Virus record (IMG/VR): IMGVR_UViG_3300028844_004780
Strand: one strand, 5' to 3'
DNA from: an uncultured virus (IMG/VR IMGVR_UViG_3300028844_004780)
Taxonomy: Duplodnaviria; Heunggongvirae; Uroviricota; Caudoviricetes
DNA: 20,000 bases
The notes beneath the pieces are model-generated. The model saw only the letters and a program-made list of their open reading frames with translations. It ran no database searches and was not told where the DNA came from. Made by a program: the position numbers and the translations under genes. The stretch's first letter is position 1. The number at the start of each line of letters is the position of its first letter. Below are positions 15,667 to 20,000 of this stretch, piece after piece.

Positions 15667-16769
15667 CTAAAGTATTATTCGAACAATTCGACCCCTTTTC
15701 CGAAGAACCAGCGAAACCTATAATTGCTGAAAGTCTATATGGTGGATTTACCCCACAAATGCGGGGTAAAAAGAAAGATCCCAACAAGCAACAGATGATG
15801 GCGATGATCCAGCAGATGATGTCTGGTCAGATGCAGCAACCTCCTGGTGGAGGTCAGATGCCGCAGATGCCTGCTGGTGCAGGCAGACCCCCACAGATGC
15901 CTGGTATGGGCGGTCAGATGCCACAGCAGAAACCACAAGCACAACCCCAGACTGGGATCGCTCCCCCAGCGATGCCTCAGGTCCCAGACCTCCAAGGTAG
16001 AGATGAAGGAAGCGGCATGGATATGGCAGGAGCGATGCAGCAGGGTAGAACTTCACGATCCACTCCAAGACCCGTGTCTTCTGCGTCTGCTCAAATGCAG
16101 CCCCCAACTGCTGGTGGCATGCCAGGAATGCCACCACAAATGCCAGGCATGCCACCACAAATGGCGGGTGGACTGCCCCAACAGGGAGCACAACAACAGC
16201 AACCCAGACCCGTATGGGATTTCAAATCTGGAAGAAAGAAAGATATGAATGGTCTGAGAGGAAGAAGAGATATCACTGCAGACGAGCAGCAGGGGTTCCT
16301 CCAGTCCGCAGGAGAGTGGAGAACTTCTGATCCTCTGGGCGGTGACCGTGCAGATGTCTATCAGATGGCTTATGGAATCCATCCAGAGAAGGTTCGTGGT
16401 CTGAGTCCTATTGAACGACCCATCAACTACTCCTTCGATGAATTGCAGAAGAGACAGCAGGAACATATGCAGAACATGGGTCAAGCTGGTTATCACCAAC
16501 CAAACGAAGATCCAGAAATGTTCTACCGCGAACCAGAGATTCAAGGTGTTCCCGCTGTTGAACCCATGGCGATGGATGGGGTTTCCGACATTCTGAAGAG
16601 CCTGGCGATGCAGCAGTACTACGAAGGTGGTAACAATGCAGAGAGAATCAGGAAGATTAAAGAAATGCTAGCTAAGCAGCAGATGATGAATCAGCAGCAC
16701 CACGGTGGAGCTGGTGGTCCACAAGAGGGACAAGGTGGTGGGATGCCAGGCATGCCCCCCATGATGTGA
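15663..16769 (+). CDS. Gln/Met/Pro/Gly-rich low-complexity (prion-like) protein
   Basis: QQMMAMIQQMM, MPGMPPQ repeats, C-terminus GMPGMPPMM; ATGA coupling. Confidence 0.8.
   Translation: MTKVLFEQFDPFSEEPAKPIIAESLYGGFTPQMRGKKKDPNKQQMMAMIQQMMSGQMQQPPGGGQMPQMPAGAGRPPQMPGMGGQMPQQKPQAQPQTGIAPPAMPQVPDLQGRDEGSGMDMAGAMQQGRTSRSTPRPVSSASAQMQPPTAGGMPGMPPQMPGMPPQMAGGLPQQGAQQQQPRPVWDFKSGRKKDMNGLRGRRDITADEQQGFLQSAGEWRTSDPLGGDRADVYQMAYGIHPEKVRGLSPIERPINYSFDELQKRQQEHMQNMGQAGYHQPNEDPEMFYREPEIQGVPAVEPMAMDGVSDILKSLAMQQYYEGGNNAERIRKIKEMLAKQQMMNQQHHGGAGGPQEGQGGGMPGMPPMM
16119..16163 (+). repeat. 21-bp tandem repeat (ATGCCAGGmATGCCACCACAA) encoding MPGMPPQ
   Basis: Two near-identical copies; a related unit occurs at about 16743-16766. 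Confidence 0.8.
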
Positions 16770-16777
16770 TATAAATA
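16770..16777 (+). promoter_or_regulatory. T4-type late promoter TATAAATA
   Basis: Exact consensus in the intergenic gap before AAGGAG SD and ATG 16810. Confidence 0.85.
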
Positions 16778-16809
16778 AACGTTTTTTGTAATCGATCAAG
16801 GAGATTTAT

Positions 16810-16950
16810 ATGATTACTTTAGCAGAAACAGATTTTTCCAGTGTTCTGGGAACGACATGGTTCATCGCACTGACCTTCATTGCTGGTGCCGTAGTTGGTG
16901 CTCCCGCATGGGGTTGGGTAAAGAAATTTTTCCCATGGAATAAGGGCTGA
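16810..16950 (+). CDS. 46-aa single-pass membrane microprotein (not in the ORF track)
   Basis: MITLAETDFSSVLGTTWFIALTFIAGAVVGAPAWGWVKKFFPWNKG*; late promoter and AAGGAG SD; fills the gap exactly. Confidence 0.75.
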   Translation: MITLAETDFSSVLGTTWFIALTFIAGAVVGAPAWGWVKKFFPWNKG

Positions 16951-16956
16951 TATCGA

Positions 16957-17718
16957 GTGCTTTCCTTCAACGAGAAGAGAAGCCTCCAAGAGGCAAGTGG
17001 GGACGGGGTTGTTTTTACCTTTGGTAGATTCAATCCCCCCCACGTAGGCCACGAGCTGTTGGTTAATACTGTGCTCAAGACCGCTCGCAAGAACGGGTAT
17101 GAAAATATGATTTTCGCTAGTCCTTCAGAAGGCAACGTGAAAAATCCCTTGAAGTACAAAAACAAAATAAAATATATGAAGGCGTCGTTCCGCAATGCGA
17201 ATGTGGTAGAAGACCCCAGCATGAAGAACCCGTTTTTCGTCGCTAAAATGCTGAGCGATGAAGGATATAAAAATGTCATCCTTGTTGTCGGTAGCGATCG
17301 TGTCGCTGATCTAGACAGGGAGATCAGGAAATATATCAATCATTCAGACCCCAAAAAATCGTTTGATTTCGATGATTTCGAAGTCGTTAGCGCTGGTGGC
17401 AGAGATCCTGACTCGGATGGGGTCTCTGGTATGTCAGCATCAAAGATGAGAAAACTAGCATCCGAAAACAATTTCGACGGATTCTTGAAGGGCACCCCCA
17501 GTGGAATGCCAGACAGGACCGCATCAATGATGTTTGATGACCTCAGAGCAGGAATTAAACTGTATGAAGAGGTCATTGCTTTTTATGACAGCCTACCCAT
17601 CGATATCAGCGAAGAAGACTTCGCAATCGAGATCACCGACAACTTATCCGAAGAAGCATACGAGGCTCTAATTAGTGGCTCGTTGGATATAAATAACGAC
17701 GAACAAGGAGACTACTGA
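16957..17718 (+). CDS. HxGH-family nucleotidyltransferase (phage 'cytidyltransferase'-like)
   Basis: FTFGRFNPPHVGH, NPL, VVGSDR, VSAG.RDPD..GVSGMSASKMR; GTG start, leader MLSFNEKRSLQE. Confidence 0.85.
   Translation: MLSFNEKRSLQEASGDGVVFTFGRFNPPHVGHELLVNTVLKTARKNGYENMIFASPSEGNVKNPLKYKNKIKYMKASFRNANVVEDPSMKNPFFVAKMLSDEGYKNVILVVGSDRVADLDREIRKYINHSDPKKSFDFDDFEVVSAGGRDPDSDGVSGMSASKMRKLASENNFDGFLKGTPSGMPDRTASMMFDDLRAGIKLYEEVIAFYDSLPIDISEEDFAIEITDNLSEEAYEALISGSLDINNDEQGDY
17688..17695 (+). promoter_or_regulatory. T4-type late promoter TATAAATA
   Basis: Exact consensus upstream of AAGGAG SD and ORF 17720. Confidence 0.75.
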
Positions 17719-17719
17719 T

Positions 17720-18184
17720 ATGAAGCACTATAAAGACTTCAAGAAGCAAATCATCAACGAGGGCAACGGCCCCAGCACCGCTGCACTTGATAACGTTTAT
17801 TTCTCCAATGTCGTTTCAAAGGCGGATGATGGTAGCGTTAACCTCTACGATCCAAATACGCCAGAGGCAATTGATAGGCTGAACGCTGGTATGGCATTTA
17901 TCAACGGGCAGCCCGTAGCAGATCCCAAGGCCAGAGTCACGGAAATCAGGCAGGCAATGGGATTTGCTGGAATTGATTTCGACCCGCAAGATGTTCCAAT
18001 CGAGGTAGGTACCCATGTCGCACCCGCTAAACTGTGGGGTGGGATGATTGGTATGGAGGATGATGGTACATTCGTCAATGACAGCGGGTTCAAAAGAAAG
18101 ACTGGTAAAGAGTGGGGTATCAGATTCACATGGACCAAGGATAAAGGTATGTGGGGTCTTGAGACCGAGATTCAACCTATGTGA
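17720..18184 (+). CDS. Hypothetical protein, leader MKHYKDFKKQIINE
   Basis: Late promoter and SD; globular-looking sequence. Confidence 0.75.
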   Translation: MKHYKDFKKQIINEGNGPSTAALDNVYFSNVVSKADDGSVNLYDPNTPEAIDRLNAGMAFINGQPVADPKARVTEIRQAMGFAGIDFDPQDVPIEVGTHVAPAKLWGGMIGMEDDGTFVNDSGFKRKTGKEWGIRFTWTKDKGMWGLETEIQPM

Positions 18185-18190
18185 GAAACT

Positions 18191-18574
18191 TTGAAATTGA
18201 CATCTAACAACTATATCATGTACGCAATGAAGCATTATGACAACCCTCAGTGCTTAGATATCGACGAATTTTATAGCGATATCAATCGGATTAAGTACCT
18301 CAAACGTCTTTTAAAGAGGTATAAAACCACTGGGGAGTTGAAAGATAGGTTGATTTTAAACCATGTCATCGTCCTCAATAATGTCTTCGGTGTGATACCT
18401 TGTTCGAGACTCCTTTTCTTTAGGATGGAAAAAGAATACCACGAGATTATTAAAACCTTATTGGTATTCTTAAACATCGCCCCAGAGGGTGATGAACTAA
18501 AGAAAGTGGAAGAAGCAGACATTTTATCGTTGGGGATCGATCAAGAAGTGGCAGACCTACTGAGGAAAATATGA
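18191..18574 (+). CDS. Conserved T4-like hypothetical protein
   Basis: YAMKHYDNPQC...EFYSD..RIKYLKRLL.RY...GELK.RLILNH.I.L.NVFG motif widespread in T4-like phages; TTG start. Confidence 0.8.
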   Translation: MKLTSNNYIMYAMKHYDNPQCLDIDEFYSDINRIKYLKRLLKRYKTTGELKDRLILNHVIVLNNVFGVIPCSRLLFFRMEKEYHEIIKTLLVFLNIAPEGDELKKVEEADILSLGIDQEVADLLRKI

Positions 18575-19416
18575 AAGTATTCGATACATTCGTAGCATAT
18601 AAATTCATCAAGCTTTTAACGACTCCGTTCGATGAAACTGATGCCTATAAGCTGGGAATTATTGATGCTAAAGGGAACATTCTCAAGAAGAGAAAAGACC
18701 TTATCAACAGCAAAGATAAGGCGGCATACCCTTCTAACGTGTATACGTTGGTATGGAATTTGCAAAAAATCCTGAACAAGGTACCCATCGTAAAGAGCAG
18801 GATCGGCAAGTTCGCCACTGCTCTTTACTTATTAAAAGAAGAATCTGGTGCTCCACTTGATCCCATGCTGATCGAGGCGGTAACCATGCACTACGGACTA
18901 AATAAAGAAGACTTATTGTCAGAACTAGAAGGAAAGGCTATCCTGATGGAAAACCGCAACAACAATATTAGACTAACATCTCATCTAAACCTATCTGGAG
19001 CTGGACAGCTTCAGGAGAGATACGGTGATTCGGTGCTATCGTGGAGAGACCTTCCTGATGACGAGAGAGAAGACATTGCCCTTCTCATCTTCAGAGACCG
19101 AGAGGCTGCCAAGATTGCCAAGGAACCCTGGGTGATGATTTCTAAGAAGATCCAGGACAAACTGGTCAAGGCTCTTGAAAAAGAGACTGACGGTCTTGTG
19201 ACCCTAGAGGAATCACGTTATGGCGATGCCGAACTCGAATGGGATTCAATGCCCGAAGATGAGAAGTTCGATGTAGCAGAAATCGCGTTTGGGGAGAGAA
19301 AAGCGGTTAAGATCTCCAAGACTAAGTGGGCAAGAATTGACCCCAAGATGAAGAAGACCCTCATCAAGACGATGGAAGACGAGACTGATGGTCTAGTGAC
19401 CATCAAGGAAGACTAG
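18571..19416 (+). CDS. Conserved T4-like N-terminal domain followed by 66-aa tandem repeats; apparently frame-broken at the C-terminus
   Basis: YKFIKLLTTPF..T.AYKLGIID..G domain; two RYGD...W...ETDGLVT repeats starting at 19018 and 19216 (198-bp period). Confidence 0.75.
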   Translation: MKVFDTFVAYKFIKLLTTPFDETDAYKLGIIDAKGNILKKRKDLINSKDKAAYPSNVYTLVWNLQKILNKVPIVKSRIGKFATALYLLKEESGAPLDPMLIEAVTMHYGLNKEDLLSELEGKAILMENRNNNIRLTSHLNLSGAGQLQERYGDSVLSWRDLPDDEREDIALLIFRDREAAKIAKEPWVMISKKIQDKLVKALEKETDGLVTLEESRYGDAELEWDSMPEDEKFDVAEIAFGERKAVKISKTKWARIDPKMKKTLIKTMEDETDGLVTIKED

Positions 19417-19424
19417 AACTAGCG

Positions 19425-20000
19425 ATGATGGCATTCGACGGTGATGAAAAGTATGCCAGACAGACCTCCAATAAGAAGTGGAGACAACTTAGTTCTTTCT
19501 CACAGGCAGCCCTGATGAAAGCAATCGCCCAAGCAACTGACGGTCAGATGGAGTTGATGGCATCAATGCACCGCACCTCTCAGAGTGCCAGAGATCACTT
19601 CAGAAAGCTGAAGAGAAAGGGTGTAGTCCCTGCCATCGATAGAGAGAGATACCCCAACCGCGAGAGAGAAGGTCTAGAAGGACCATATCGCACCAAGAAG
19701 TCTGGTAGAATCTACTACTATGACAAGAAAGAGGGTAAGTACTACGATCCAGACACCGACATGTACCTAGACGTCTCGGATGTTATGGAGTCCACCATTA
19801 TGGAAAGTGTTAACGAAGAAATGGACCCCAGAGATCACGTGAAAAAGAAGGACGGCAAGTATTGTGTCTACGATAGCGACGGCAATATCGCTAAAGAATT
19901 TAATAAAATAGGAGATGCCCACATTTGGGCCATCGACAACCACGATGACTTGATGTTGGACGAGTCGGTAGACCTTAGAGACCTTGCCACCAAAGGCATG
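19425..20000 (+). CDS. Partial ORF (3' truncated), probable continuation of the 18571 gene in the -1 frame
   Basis: Frame open 19389-20000: LELAMMAFDGDEKYARQTSNKKWRQL...ATDG (partial third repeat), then GLEGPYRTKKSGRIYYYDKKEGKYYDPDTDMYL and further modules. Confidence 0.75.
   Translation, partial: MMAFDGDEKYARQTSNKKWRQLSSFSQAALMKAIAQATDGQMELMASMHRTSQSARDHFRKLKRKGVVPAIDRERYPNREREGLEGPYRTKKSGRIYYYDKKEGKYYDPDTDMYLDVSDVMESTIMESVNEEMDPRDHVKKKDGKYCVYDSDGNIAKEFNKIGDAHIWAIDNHDDLMLDESVDLRDLATKGM

Noticed and set aside
12453..16163. Short tandem repeats (12-bp at about 12453-12484, 9-bp at about 13882-13910, 21-bp at 16119-16163) as CRISPR or DGR elements
   Set aside because: They are in-frame coding microrepeats without spacers; no cas or reverse transcriptase gene and no template/variable repeat pair seen
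18897..18904. ACTAAATA as a late promoter
   Set aside because: It lies mid-gene with no downstream start; likely chance
989..19406. Numerous minus-strand and alternate-frame ORFs (e.g. 989-1696, 2360-3028, 9143-9670, 12872-13387)
   Set aside because: They are shadows of well-supported, tightly coupled + strand genes and show no recognisable motifs or initiation signals
19414..19425. Stop-codon reassignment or TAG readthrough
   Set aside because: The same frame meets TAG and TGA again immediately; the continuation is in another frame, and genes elsewhere end normally at TAA, TAG and TGA

Overview
A 20-kb segment of a large T4-like (myovirus-type) dsDNA phage, with all credible genes on the + strand and tightly packed in genetic code 11. 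The left part (1-5966) holds metabolic/early functions: the C-terminus of a class II ribonucleotide reductase, a HEXXH-peptidase/vWA protein behind a near-consensus sigma70 promoter, an invertebrate(i)-type lysozyme-like protein, an adenine deaminase plus a small Zn-deaminase, and three tRNAs (Arg-UCU, Leu-UAA, Asn-GUU). From about 5975 onward, TATAAATA late promoters precede a gene block in which about 14 ORFs start with a short leader ending in [ILVM]-x-E, resembling the T4 internal-protein capsid-targeting/gp21-cleavage sequence. The most striking element is a family of at least six Pro/Gly/Trp/Asp-rich, apparently disordered proteins that share their own leader variant (MxLxNLR...E). Some of them carry DxDGDG Ca-binding-type motifs or RG/RGG tails. 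They are interleaved with conserved T4-like enzymes (nuclease-like, ligase-like, HxGH nucleotidyltransferase) and a Q/M/P/G prion-like protein. Also present: a dockerin/EF-hand secreted protein of Planctomycete style with a candidate -1 frameshift, and a frame-broken repeat protein at the right end. All family assignments come from motif recognition by eye; no database searches were run.
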